Shown piece by piece: positions 23,844-32,486 of a stretch of 64,000 nucleotides of DNA. A program made the position numbers and the translations under genes. Origin of the DNA: Thermodesulfobacteriota bacterium. Lineage in GTDB: Bacteria > Desulfobacterota > Desulfobacteria > Desulfobacterales > SURF-7. Under the pieces are notes generated by a model, which was not told the DNA's origin, did not search any database, and was given only the letters and a program-made list of their open reading frames with translations. Where the stretch lies: positions 128,001 to 192,000 of the forward strand of contig JBMORA010000009.1 of the NCBI GenBank assembly GCA_049320885.1. The letters are read 5' to 3'. Position 1 is the stretch's first letter, and every line of letters starts with the position of its first letter.

Positions 23844-24737
23844 TCATCCATCCGTGCCGTTGTTTTCCAGAAACGGCTCAAAATGATACCATTCAAACGG
23901 GTGACGGCGCAGGGCCTGCTCGAGGGTGTCCGCGTACTGCTGGGCTGCCCGCTGGATGGCGGCCTCCCTTTCCGCGCGGGCGGTTGTTTTCAGAAACATG
24001 GGCGGCGACAGGACGAAATGATATTTCCGGGCGTCCAGGCGGAAGGCAAAAAAAATGAACAACGGCGCCCCGGAGACCTGGGCCAGGGTGAAGGGCGCCA
24101 TGGGGAGCCGGATGGGGTGTCCCAGAAAACGGGCGGGAACGGAGCGTTGCTCCGGTTTCCAGATGATGTCTCCGGTCTGAAGGACCAGGCCGCCTTCCCG
24201 GATGAAACGGACCCCCTCCAATATGTCCAGGGGAGACCCCTGGGCTGTATCCACCGCCAGGATGCGGATGCCGCTTTCCGCAAGGTTCTGTTTTTGGAGG
24301 CGTTCGATTTCCTCCTTGTCGCGGATTCCCATATACATCAGCAGACGCATGTCCTGCCATTGGCGCTGCAAGAGATGGGCGGCCACATCCCAGTTGCCCA
24401 GGTGCGACATTAAAATGATCCCGCCGGTTTTGTCGCGCATGGCGGCCTCGATGTGGTCATGGCCTTCGGATGTGAAGCTGATGGCATCCGTCGTCCGCAC
24501 CAGGCAGCGATCCCAGAAAACGGTGGTGAACTGCTGGAACTGCCGAAAAGTGCACCAGAGATGATAATACACGGATCGGCCGGGAAAAAGGGCGCGGTAA
24601 AACCGGAGACCCACGCCCACCCTGCGGGGAAACAGCAGGAAATATCCGGCGGCGATTCCTCGCGCGACAAGGATGAACAGCCAGTCACCCAGGACGGCGG
24701 ACAGCAGGGCCAGAAGACGATAAAAGACCGCCCGCAT
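23844..24737 (-). CDS. LpxL/HtrB-like acyltransferase
   Basis: SHLGNWD motif, FLG..P..P segment, C-terminal P-x-EWYHF. Confidence 0.82.
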   Translation of the reverse strand: MRAVFYRLLALLSAVLGDWLFILVARGIAAGYFLLFPRRVGVGLRFYRALFPGRSVYYHLWCTFRQFQQFTTVFWDRCLVRTTDAISFTSEGHDHIEAAMRDKTGGIILMSHLGNWDVAAHLLQRQWQDMRLLMYMGIRDKEEIERLQKQNLAESGIRILAVDTAQGSPLDILEGVRFIREGGLVLQTGDIIWKPEQRSVPARFLGHPIRLPMAPFTLAQVSGAPLFIFFAFRLDARKYHFVLSPPMFLKTTARAEREAAIQRAAQQYADTLEQALRRHPFEWYHFEPFLENNGTDG

Positions 24738-24738
24738 G

Positions 24739-25572
24739 TCAAGACTCCCGTATCGGGCAGGGGGCGGGCCGTCGGCGCAGGCGCCCCGGAAGAAACAGTC
24801 TCAGGACGATCAGGCGTCCGAATGTGGCGGTATTGCGCATGAAATCCACGAAGGGCCGGAAATGGGAGATTCTTCGCCCGCCGGATTGATAGACCACCCC
24901 CACCGGTATTTCTGTTACGGGCAGTCCTTTCCACTGCGCTTTTACCAGCACTTCCACCTCAAACTGGAACCTCCGGGAGCGAACCCCCAGGTGCAGCGTC
25001 TCCGGCAGCGGATACAGCCGGAATCCGCTTTGGGAATCCGTCATGCGCGGTCCGCCCGCGGCCCATACCCAGAAATTGGAAAACCCCCTGCCAAAGCGGC
25101 TGGTCCAGGGCGCTTTTTCGGTCCGCATGCCGGTGCGGCGCCCCACAATCAGGGCGCGTCCTTCCGTCATGCTGGCCCGGATCAATAACCGTGCGTCCCC
25201 GGGGTTATGCTGCCCGTCGGCATCCAGGGTGACGGCCCAGTCCGCTGTTTCAGCGGCCTTCACAAGACCGGTCACGATGGCCGCGCCCTTGCCCAGATTG
25301 CGGTCATGACTCATTATCCGGATGCCGTCCATTGTCCGGAGGATGTCGCCGGTCTTGTCCGTGGAGCCGTCATTCACCACGATCACCGGAAGCCGCAGCT
25401 TCAAGGTTTCGCGGACAACCTCCGCCACCTTGCTTTCATGGTTGTAAACCGGAATCACCACTGCGATGCGGTGACGGGAAACAGGGGCGCCGCCTTCCAT
25501 GGCGGCCGATGGATGCCCCTCGGCAGGGGCGGGGCGGTTTCCGGCCCCAGCGCTTTCCCGGTTATTCTCCAT
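24739..25572 (-). CDS. Glycosyltransferase family 2
   Basis: VIPVYN, VNDGSTD, NLGKG, DADGQH, DSQSGFR, and the SHFRP C-terminal motif. Confidence 0.9.
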   Translation of the reverse strand: MENNRESAGAGNRPAPAEGHPSAAMEGGAPVSRHRIAVVIPVYNHESKVAEVVRETLKLRLPVIVVNDGSTDKTGDILRTMDGIRIMSHDRNLGKGAAIVTGLVKAAETADWAVTLDADGQHNPGDARLLIRASMTEGRALIVGRRTGMRTEKAPWTSRFGRGFSNFWVWAAGGPRMTDSQSGFRLYPLPETLHLGVRSRRFQFEVEVLVKAQWKGLPVTEIPVGVVYQSGGRRISHFRPFVDFMRNTATFGRLIVLRLFLPGRLRRRPAPCPIRES

Positions 25573-25927
25573 ATACCGTAACGGTTTCGGTCTTCCAGAC
25601 GCCTAGAATATTAAAAATTTCCTTGTCGGCAAAATAGACGGTACGCAGGTGGTGCTTCCGGGCGATATCCCCGATTCCATTGGAGTCGATTTCAGCATAG
25701 AACCCGTAACCGGAAAACGGCTCTTTGACCTGGATCATCCGGCCGTTATAATCCTTGGATACAACCGTGGGGGTTTGATTCAGATTGGTGGTGAGCGGAA
25801 CCGTCACCCAGGTAAACACCGCGCCGGGCAACATTTTGGCTGCGCATCCCATCAGCAGGGGCGGCAGGAGCACCAGCATGGTCAAAAGAGTCAGAGGGTT
25901 GCTCTTGGGGTAACCTTCAGTCGCCAT
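25562..25927 (-). CDS. TRL-like lipoprotein 2
   Basis: Start at MATEG, overlapping the previous stop; lipobox LMGC; ends in YFADKEIFNILGVW..TVTVYGE, paralogous to the upstream gene. Confidence 0.65.
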   Translation of the reverse strand: MATEGYPKSNPLTLLTMLVLLPPLLMGCAAKMLPGAVFTWVTVPLTTNLNQTPTVVSKDYNGRMIQVKEPFSGYGFYAEIDSNGIGDIARKHHLRTVYFADKEIFNILGVWKTETVTVYGE

Positions 25928-26219
25928 ACACCACCACCCGCCAGCGGGTATACAGCCCCAGGGCGACTTGAAAAATCTCCTGGTCGGCATGGCGCATGAC
26001 CGTGATGTTGCCGTTGCGCGCCGCGGCGGCGTAACCCGCGTCACCCCAGGCCACCAGCCACAGAACGCTGTAGGCTTCCGCCGTACCGACCTTGGTTCCC
26101 AGCTCCGTCCGGTCCAGATCGATATCCAGGGGGGTTTTGGTGTTGACATAGGCGCAGCCTCCGAGACACGTGAGCAGTATCCCCAAGACCAGGATCGTTC
26201 TGCCGGGATGGGTTTTCAT
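25917..26219 (-). CDS. TRL-like lipoprotein 1
   Basis: Lipobox LGGC; K-x-G-x-A...SVLWLVAWGDA...AAA-x-NG-x-I....AD......LGLY.....VYG, a pattern typical of the TRL-like family. Confidence 0.75.
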   Translation of the reverse strand: MKTHPGRTILVLGILLTCLGGCAYVNTKTPLDIDLDRTELGTKVGTAEAYSVLWLVAWGDAGYAAAARNGNITVMRHADQEIFQVALGLYTRWRVVVYGD

Positions 26220-26395
26220 GATGGCATACCTTTATCAAGAATTACGATTTGTTGAACCGCAGCGGTCCAGTTCTATTTTGTCTATAACACGCCGGACCGT
26301 AAATTTCTATGGATTCCTCGGAGGCGGATAGCGGGTCCTGATGCAGTTAAAAGCAGGGCCTTTCGGAATACGACGATCCACAATTTTTTCAGACC

Positions 26396-26424
26396 TTGAC
26401 ATGGCCATATTGATGGCCTATTAT
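26396..26424 (+). promoter_or_regulatory. sigma70 promoter with operator palindrome for the TA operon
   Basis: TTGACA(26396-401)-17 nt-TATTAT(26419-424); the spacer holds the inverted repeat GGCCAT-attg-ATGGCC. Confidence 0.8.
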
Positions 26425-26430
26425 ATTGCC

Positions 26431-26673
26431 ATGATTCATGTCAATATCGCAAAATTTAAAGACAACATCAGCCAGATGCTGCTTTTGGTCGAAAAGGGAC
26501 AAGAGATTGCCATATGCAAGCGCAATGTTCCCATCGCCAATTTGGTGCCCATTGAGCGGAAGAATATTTCCAACCGTACGCAACTCGGCTGCGGAAAGAA
26601 AAGTGTGAAGATCAAAGCCGACCCGACCCTGCCGATGATACCGGAAGATCATTGGGACATGTTGACGGAATGA
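26431..26673 (+). CDS. Type II antitoxin, Phd/YefM family
   Basis: 80 aa; VNIAKFKDNISQML..VEKGQEIAICKRNVPIANLVP is a Phd N-terminal pattern; ATGA overlap with the toxin. Confidence 0.88.
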   Translation: MIHVNIAKFKDNISQMLLLVEKGQEIAICKRNVPIANLVPIERKNISNRTQLGCGKKSVKIKADPTLPMIPEDHWDMLTE

Positions 26674-27062
26674 AGCTGATTCTCGACACTTGTTGTATCC
26701 TCTGGTCTGTATCCGATCCGGATTCCCTGTCCAAAACCGCCAGATTGCTGCTGCAGGACGAGAAAGCGGAGATTTTTGTTTCACCCATCAGTTCCGCCGA
26801 GATCGCATGCGCCACCGAGAGAGGCAAGATCGAGCTGGATCGTCATTGGAAGGTATGGTTCCGTCACTTTGTCACTTTGAACGGCTGGGGAGTGGAAAGC
26901 ATTGATTTGGCGATCATGGAGGAGGCTTATTCTTTACCGGAGAGGTTTCATGCGGATCCAGCCGATCGAATTATTACGGCGACCGCCAGACTTCGCAACT
27001 ATACGCTGGTGACCGCCGATCAGAAAATTCTTTCCTACCCGCACGTCAATGCCATATGGTAG
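26670..27062 (+). CDS. vapC: Type II toxin, VapC/PIN domain
   Basis: LILDT, SPISSAEI, H-x-DPADRII, LVTAD acidic PIN residues. Confidence 0.9.
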   Translation: MKLILDTCCILWSVSDPDSLSKTARLLLQDEKAEIFVSPISSAEIACATERGKIELDRHWKVWFRHFVTLNGWGVESIDLAIMEEAYSLPERFHADPADRIITATARLRNYTLVTADQKILSYPHVNAIW

Positions 27063-27124
27063 CGGTTGCTATGTCAGCAGCCGGCCTCTCATGGTTGACT
27101 GGTACCGCATCCGGCTTCCCATTG

Positions 27125-28843
27125 TCATGGTAAAAACGCCAGGCCCCATGTTCCCGGACCCATGTGGGCTCCGGATGTCAGGGAAAGGGGTTGCAGGAGG
27201 ATTTCCGCCTTGGGGTACCGTCGGGTGATCTCGGGCAGAACGGTTTCCGCCACCCAGGGACGGTTGTCCGAGTATTCCAGCATGATCATCGGGTTGTCGG
27301 CCGCCGTGAATGTCGCCTGGAGTTTTTCCAGGGCGAAAAGGACCTGCTCCTTCCTGTTTTTCACCACCCCGGCTTTTTGAGCGCCTTCCGCCCGGGGGCT
27401 GATAATCGGCTTCATGTGCAGCAGATCGCCGAAAAACCCGCTGGTTTTGGACAACCGGCCTCCGGCCGCCAGGTATTTCAGCCGTTCCAGAAAAATATAT
27501 TCCTCGCATCGCTGGATGGCGGCGGCGGCGAAATCCAAAACCCGGCGACCATCCGGTTCCGTCAGGGCAAGCCGGGCCGTTGCCAGGGCGATCATCCCCA
27601 GTCTGCCGGAAGCGGCCGTCGAGTCGATGATGGTCATGCGATCCTCGGGATCATTCTCCATCTTCCAGGTGGTGGCGATATCATGGTTGCCGGTATAAAC
27701 GGAGCCGACGCAGAGGTAGAGCACCCGGCGGTAGCGGCTCAACGCGCTGGCATAGCACTGATGGCGCTCGAAAACCGAAGCCTGGGCCGTGGAGACTTTC
27801 ACCCCCCGGCGCATGGCGGCATAGAGTTCCCGCGGGTCGGCCAGGGTTTCCGGAAGGCAGTTCTCACCCATGACGAGATAACTGTCCAGCAGGGTCATCC
27901 GGTACTTGCGGGCATCCTCCTTGGTCAGGGAGCCGGCGGCGTCGGTCATGATGTGAACCGCCGCCTCGTCGGGCAGGGGGGCGCCGCCGACCCGGTTGTC
28001 CAGCGGTTCATCCGACCATTGCAGAACATCCCCCAGGGATTCGATGGCTTTTCGGGCCGCATGACGATCCGACGTGTGCAGATGAATCTTGATCCGGGAT
28101 TCTTCCGGAATCACGACGACACTTTCGCCCAAGGCCGACAGGGCCTTCACATCCGTATCGGACATGCGTTTCATCTTCACCAGGGTGTCGACACAATATC
28201 CTTCGGCTGCCACGGCCTCAAAGTTCCGGGCAATCCGCAGCCGGCCGGAAAAAATCTCGGTGACGGGCGCAACGGTGACGGATCGGTCCGCCAGATGCCG
28301 GAAAAAGCCGTCGAGGTAAATATACATCCCCAGCGCCCCGGCATCGACGACACCGGCGTCCCGCAACACCGGCATCATATCGGTGGTGGAACGGACCGTG
28401 GCCTGCAGATAGTCGATCAAGGAGCGGCAGAGGGCTTCGTCCTCGAAGGGAATGGGGCGGTGTTGCTGCCGGCCCATGAATTCCGCGAGGGCGTCGAAGA
28501 CGGTCAGCATGGTGCCGGGTTTGGGAGCCACCACTGCCTTCCGGGCCGCGTCCCGACCCGTCTTGGCAGCTGCATGCAAATCCGCGGGCGAGCCGCAAGC
28601 CAGCAGCTCGTTGAGAAAGCGATTGGCGATGTTGCCGGAATTGCCCGTTGCCGCGCGCAGCAGGTTGCCGGCCACGGCTTCCAGGTTGTCGTTCATCCGG
28701 CGCAGGGGCGCCAGGCTGATTTTCAAATTCCGGCCCGTATCCGCATCGGCCACGGGGAATACATTGATCTGATCCAGCAGGTCGGTCCAGGAGACCAGGC
28801 ATTCATATCCGGTGACAAAGGCCTGCCGCAGCCGTCCATCCAT
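27125..28843 (-). CDS. DAK2-DegV fusion (FakA-FakB-like fatty acid kinase)
   Basis: N-terminal NVFPVADADTG, GNSG, PGTMLTV, GVVDAGA (FakA/DAK2); C-terminal IMTD, STAQ, IIDS, LKYLAAGGRL, KPII, AHMGPG (DegV/FakB). Confidence 0.85.
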   Translation of the reverse strand: MDGRLRQAFVTGYECLVSWTDLLDQINVFPVADADTGRNLKISLAPLRRMNDNLEAVAGNLLRAATGNSGNIANRFLNELLACGSPADLHAAAKTGRDAARKAVVAPKPGTMLTVFDALAEFMGRQQHRPIPFEDEALCRSLIDYLQATVRSTTDMMPVLRDAGVVDAGALGMYIYLDGFFRHLADRSVTVAPVTEIFSGRLRIARNFEAVAAEGYCVDTLVKMKRMSDTDVKALSALGESVVVIPEESRIKIHLHTSDRHAARKAIESLGDVLQWSDEPLDNRVGGAPLPDEAAVHIMTDAAGSLTKEDARKYRMTLLDSYLVMGENCLPETLADPRELYAAMRRGVKVSTAQASVFERHQCYASALSRYRRVLYLCVGSVYTGNHDIATTWKMENDPEDRMTIIDSTAASGRLGMIALATARLALTEPDGRRVLDFAAAAIQRCEEYIFLERLKYLAAGGRLSKTSGFFGDLLHMKPIISPRAEGAQKAGVVKNRKEQVLFALEKLQATFTAADNPMIMLEYSDNRPWVAETVLPEITRRYPKAEILLQPLSLTSGAHMGPGTWGLAFLP

Positions 28844-29265
28844 CAGCTGGCCTCCAGCGCCATCCGGATGTCCTCCGGTATTTCGAACAGCAATTCCATT
28901 TCCGGCATTTTCACGGCCACCTGTTCGCTTTTCCCTTTGGTGCAGACGGTATTGCTCCGGACAAGCCGGATTTCAAAATCCAGGGAGATTTTGTATCTGG
29001 CTTCGGTCACCGTCGCCCGGCAACTGAATTCGTCCTGGTACCGCAACGGAATGATGTATTTGGTGGATGTGCGGGTGATGGGGAAGATGATCTGGTTTTC
29101 AAGGGAATAGGCATGCAGGTCGACGCCGCAGTTTTTCAACAGGGCGAATCTGGCCATGTCAAAATATTTGAAATAGTTGCCATGCCAGACAACCTGCAGC
29201 GGATCCAGGTCGTGAAAGGGAACGGCCAGCATGATTTCAAATCGTTTGGGTGTTTCGGGTTTCAT
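28843..29265 (-). CDS. Acyl-CoA/ACP thioesterase (4HBT/YbgC hot-dog family)
   Basis: FHDLDPLQVVWHGNYFKYFDMAR motif; TGATG overlap with the Fak fusion. Confidence 0.9.
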   Translation of the reverse strand: MKPETPKRFEIMLAVPFHDLDPLQVVWHGNYFKYFDMARFALLKNCGVDLHAYSLENQIIFPITRTSTKYIIPLRYQDEFSCRATVTEARYKISLDFEIRLVRSNTVCTKGKSEQVAVKMPEMELLFEIPEDIRMALEAS

Positions 29266-29271
29266 GTCTTT

Positions 29272-32226
29272 TCAAGGCAGCGATTTCGGTGATTGGGTTT
29301 GGTTTACCGTGGGCTTTTGAGAACGCCCGGGTGATGATTTCATGACGGTCGCATTTTTTTCCACCATCTGGGTATCCGGATGCACCAGAAATTCCAGGTC
29401 ATCCAGATCCTGGGTGAGGCTGATCAGGGTGGTGTTGTCCATGGTCGGAAAAGCGCCGCAGCCCTCGCCCGCATCACAGACCAGATAGTCGTTATCGTGA
29501 TCGGTGCCGGCGATCAGCCGGTAGTTGCCGGCCGCAATTCCGTCGATTCGGAAATGATAACCATCCCCATCGCGGGCGGCCGAGACCTCGTACAGCGACT
29601 GGGTGGCGCCTTCGTCGAGCAGCAGCACATAGATCAGCCCCAGATTTCCGACGGCATGGGTATCGCTTTGCAGAACAGTCATATAAATCTGCAACTCGGA
29701 CTGGTTGCCGTTGTCGGCCGCGAATGCCACGGTTGCGGAATAGCGCGCCGGTGTCAGACCGGTTCGATCGATTTGAAGCAGGTAGGTTCCTGTGCCGTTT
29801 TCCTTTACATCTTGAGTTGTTACGGAGAGCCAGGAGGCATTCTCGACGACCTGGACGACGCGGATGGCATCGTCGCTGGTGCTTACGGTGACGACAAGCT
29901 CATTGGTGACGCCGAAATCATAGGTGCTCGGGTTGAGGCTGAGATAACCGGGAACGCCTTCACCGCCGCCCAGCCGTTGCGCGGCGGATACGGCGCGCAG
30001 GGCGTCGATGAGTCCGTATCCGTAGAGATCGTCCCGTCCCGCGGCACCGATGTCATTGGTGATTTTCAAATCAGGGTTGTTTTCAGCCAGCAGGGCGTCC
30101 AATTCCGCGGGTGTCATGGCGGGATGGACGCTTTTCATGAGGGCCGCGACACCGGCCATGTGGGGCGCGGCCATGGATGTCCCCTGCAGGGCCTTGTAGG
30201 CCGAAGCCCTCAACCCGGTTCCGCCATCCTTGGCGGAGGTGCTCAATATTCCGGGATCATTTGTGAAGTCGCCGCCGGGTGCGGCGACGTCGATATGGGG
30301 ACCGTAGTTGGAATAGGAGGCTTTTGTCCCGTTCTGGCCCACGGCGCTCACCGCGATGACCCCCTCTTCATCCGCCGGGGAAAAGAATTCATCGGAATTG
30401 TTGTTGCCGGCCGCGGCGATCACGATGAGGCCGGCATTGCGGGCGGCGTTGATGGCTTCCCGCAGGGTCTGGGAGGCCCCCGGACCGCCCAGGCTCATAT
30501 TGATGATGTCGGCCCTTTGGCTGGGGACGGTTCCGGAAATGTTGGCCAGCCCCGCTGAATAATAGATACACTGGGCGATATCGGCGTCGGTGCCGCCCGC
30601 CGGTCCCAGGGCCCGCAGGGGCATGATTTTCGCGCCGAATGCGATTCCGGCCACGCCGACGGTGTTGTTGGTCCGGGCCGCGATGGTGCCGGCCACATGG
30701 GTTCCATGGAAGGTGCTGGAGCCGATGGTGTCGCTGTCCCCGGGGTCGTCCGGATTACCGTCAATCCCGTCGCCGTCGCCGCTAGCGGCAGGATCGGAAA
30801 CGAAATCATAGCCGGCCACCAGTTGCGGGCTGAGATCTTCATGCAGGAGATACACGCCCGAATCGATCACCGCGACGATGACCCCGCTGCCGTCCGCGAT
30901 ATCCCAGGCATCCGGTACCTGAATGGCCGGGAAATCCCATTGCTGGGAATAGAACCGGTCATTGGGGGTGAGCACGGGCCGGCGGATGCGGTTGGGCTCG
31001 GCGAATTCCACCCCCGGTTCCTTCCGAAGTCCCTTGATGCGTTCAATGGTGGCCAGTTTGGCCGTGATTTCCGGCGCGAGCTCAAATCCGGCGGTTTGCA
31101 GATCCTGCACAATGGAATGGCTGCCGGTAGCGCCGGTTTCCAGACGGGATGCTTTTCGGTCGATATCGAAGGCCATCAGATTGGCCCGCCCCGGAAGGTC
31201 GGTCACCCTCCGCAGGCCCAATGAGTCCGTGGATGCGTCGGCAAGATTTGCCCGGGAGCCGGCGGTCTTCCCGGTGATTCCAGCGCGAAACTTTACCAGC
31301 GCCTGCCCTATGATAAAATCGTCCGCGACATTGAGCCTTTCCCCGGAAATATCCGCCTGGGAGCCGGCATCGGAGACGTTCAGTACGTAATTGGATGCGC
31401 CTTCGAAGGCATACACCACGATGTAGAATTCGCCGCTCTGGCTGACAGCTATCTCCTCGGCTCTTCCGGTTCCTTCAGAAGATATGGTATTCCCATTGTT
31501 GTCAACAAGGTACAAGTCAAGATCATTGGCGGTGACATCCTGGACCAGCCAGTCGGCGATTTGCAGATAAATGAGTTGGCCGGCCACCAGGGTGATGCGA
31601 AAATAATCGCTTCTGTCCGATCGATGGGCGAAGCGGTCATCGCCGGAGCTGCCGCCGCCTGTCGGGGACTTGGTAAGAAATCCGCTGACGGTGGCCGGGT
31701 TCGGCAATTGCTGGGCGGCCGCAAGGGTGTTGTTGGGGGTATAATCTTCATTCGGATCGTTGGTGTCGCCGTCCACCGCATTGCGGCCGGCGGTTGAAAT
31801 CGTGCCGGAAATGTGGAAAAGCGGGGTGACGATAACCGTAATGACCGCCGATCCGGCGGCATTGCCCGTATCCGTTGCGGTCAGGGTGATTTGGTGGGTT
31901 CCGGCTGTCAGGGCCGTGGTGGTGAGGTTCGTTCCGGTTCCCAGCTGCCCGTCCCGATCCGAGGTCCAGACCAGGGAGGCGCCGCTCAGTGTACCGTTTT
32001 CCTTGTCACTGGCCTCACCGGTGAACTGGATGGAGTCCCCTTGCTTATAGGTACTGCCGTCCGCCGGACTGATAATCCGGGCAGTAGGCGGTGAATTCGG
32101 ATTTTGAGCGGTTGTGGATGACGAGTCATCGCTGCCGCAGGCCAAAAAGAAGGTGAACACCAGGCCGATGACCAATTGTTTGCCGATACCCAAAAACAGC
32201 GTCTTTCGCCATGGGGCGCTCATCAT
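29272..32226 (-). CDS. Lipoprotein S8 (subtilase) serine protease with Ig/PKD-like, PPC-like and C-terminal beta domains
   Basis: Lipobox FLAC; catalytic VAVIDSG, FHGTHVAG, GTSMAAPH; oxyanion AAGN. Start uncertain (32226 or 32271). Confidence 0.9.
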   Translation of the reverse strand: MMSAPWRKTLFLGIGKQLVIGLVFTFFLACGSDDSSSTTAQNPNSPPTARIISPADGSTYKQGDSIQFTGEASDKENGTLSGASLVWTSDRDGQLGTGTNLTTTALTAGTHQITLTATDTGNAAGSAVITVIVTPLFHISGTISTAGRNAVDGDTNDPNEDYTPNNTLAAAQQLPNPATVSGFLTKSPTGGGSSGDDRFAHRSDRSDYFRITLVAGQLIYLQIADWLVQDVTANDLDLYLVDNNGNTISSEGTGRAEEIAVSQSGEFYIVVYAFEGASNYVLNVSDAGSQADISGERLNVADDFIIGQALVKFRAGITGKTAGSRANLADASTDSLGLRRVTDLPGRANLMAFDIDRKASRLETGATGSHSIVQDLQTAGFELAPEITAKLATIERIKGLRKEPGVEFAEPNRIRRPVLTPNDRFYSQQWDFPAIQVPDAWDIADGSGVIVAVIDSGVYLLHEDLSPQLVAGYDFVSDPAASGDGDGIDGNPDDPGDSDTIGSSTFHGTHVAGTIAARTNNTVGVAGIAFGAKIMPLRALGPAGGTDADIAQCIYYSAGLANISGTVPSQRADIINMSLGGPGASQTLREAINAARNAGLIVIAAAGNNNSDEFFSPADEEGVIAVSAVGQNGTKASYSNYGPHIDVAAPGGDFTNDPGILSTSAKDGGTGLRASAYKALQGTSMAAPHMAGVAALMKSVHPAMTPAELDALLAENNPDLKITNDIGAAGRDDLYGYGLIDALRAVSAAQRLGGGEGVPGYLSLNPSTYDFGVTNELVVTVSTSDDAIRVVQVVENASWLSVTTQDVKENGTGTYLLQIDRTGLTPARYSATVAFAADNGNQSELQIYMTVLQSDTHAVGNLGLIYVLLLDEGATQSLYEVSAARDGDGYHFRIDGIAAGNYRLIAGTDHDNDYLVCDAGEGCGAFPTMDNTTLISLTQDLDDLEFLVHPDTQMVEKNATVMKSSPGRSQKPTVNQTQSPKSLP

Positions 32227-32364
32227 ATCCCTGTCTGTTTCACTCCTTTCGTTAAAGTGCATACCGGTCAATTTTATCTCATGTGCAACGGGGAACTACA
32301 ACAGAAAAAATTGTGTCGGAAACAGGAAGAGGAAATGGTGGCATTATGGGATCGGAAACAGGGT

Positions 32365-32393
32365 TTGACCGGGTTTTGGAAAACAGGTATAGT
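32365..32393 (+). promoter_or_regulatory. Probable sigma70 promoter for the hybrid kinase
   Basis: TTGACC-17 nt-TATAGT about 95 nt upstream of the ATG. Confidence 0.6.
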
Positions 32394-32486
32394 CGTTACA
32401 AACATCCATGCCCCATATGGTCATCGACTGTCCGAATTTCTGTCACCGAATTCAGGGGTTATCCGGCAAAGTGCGGGAGGTGATCG

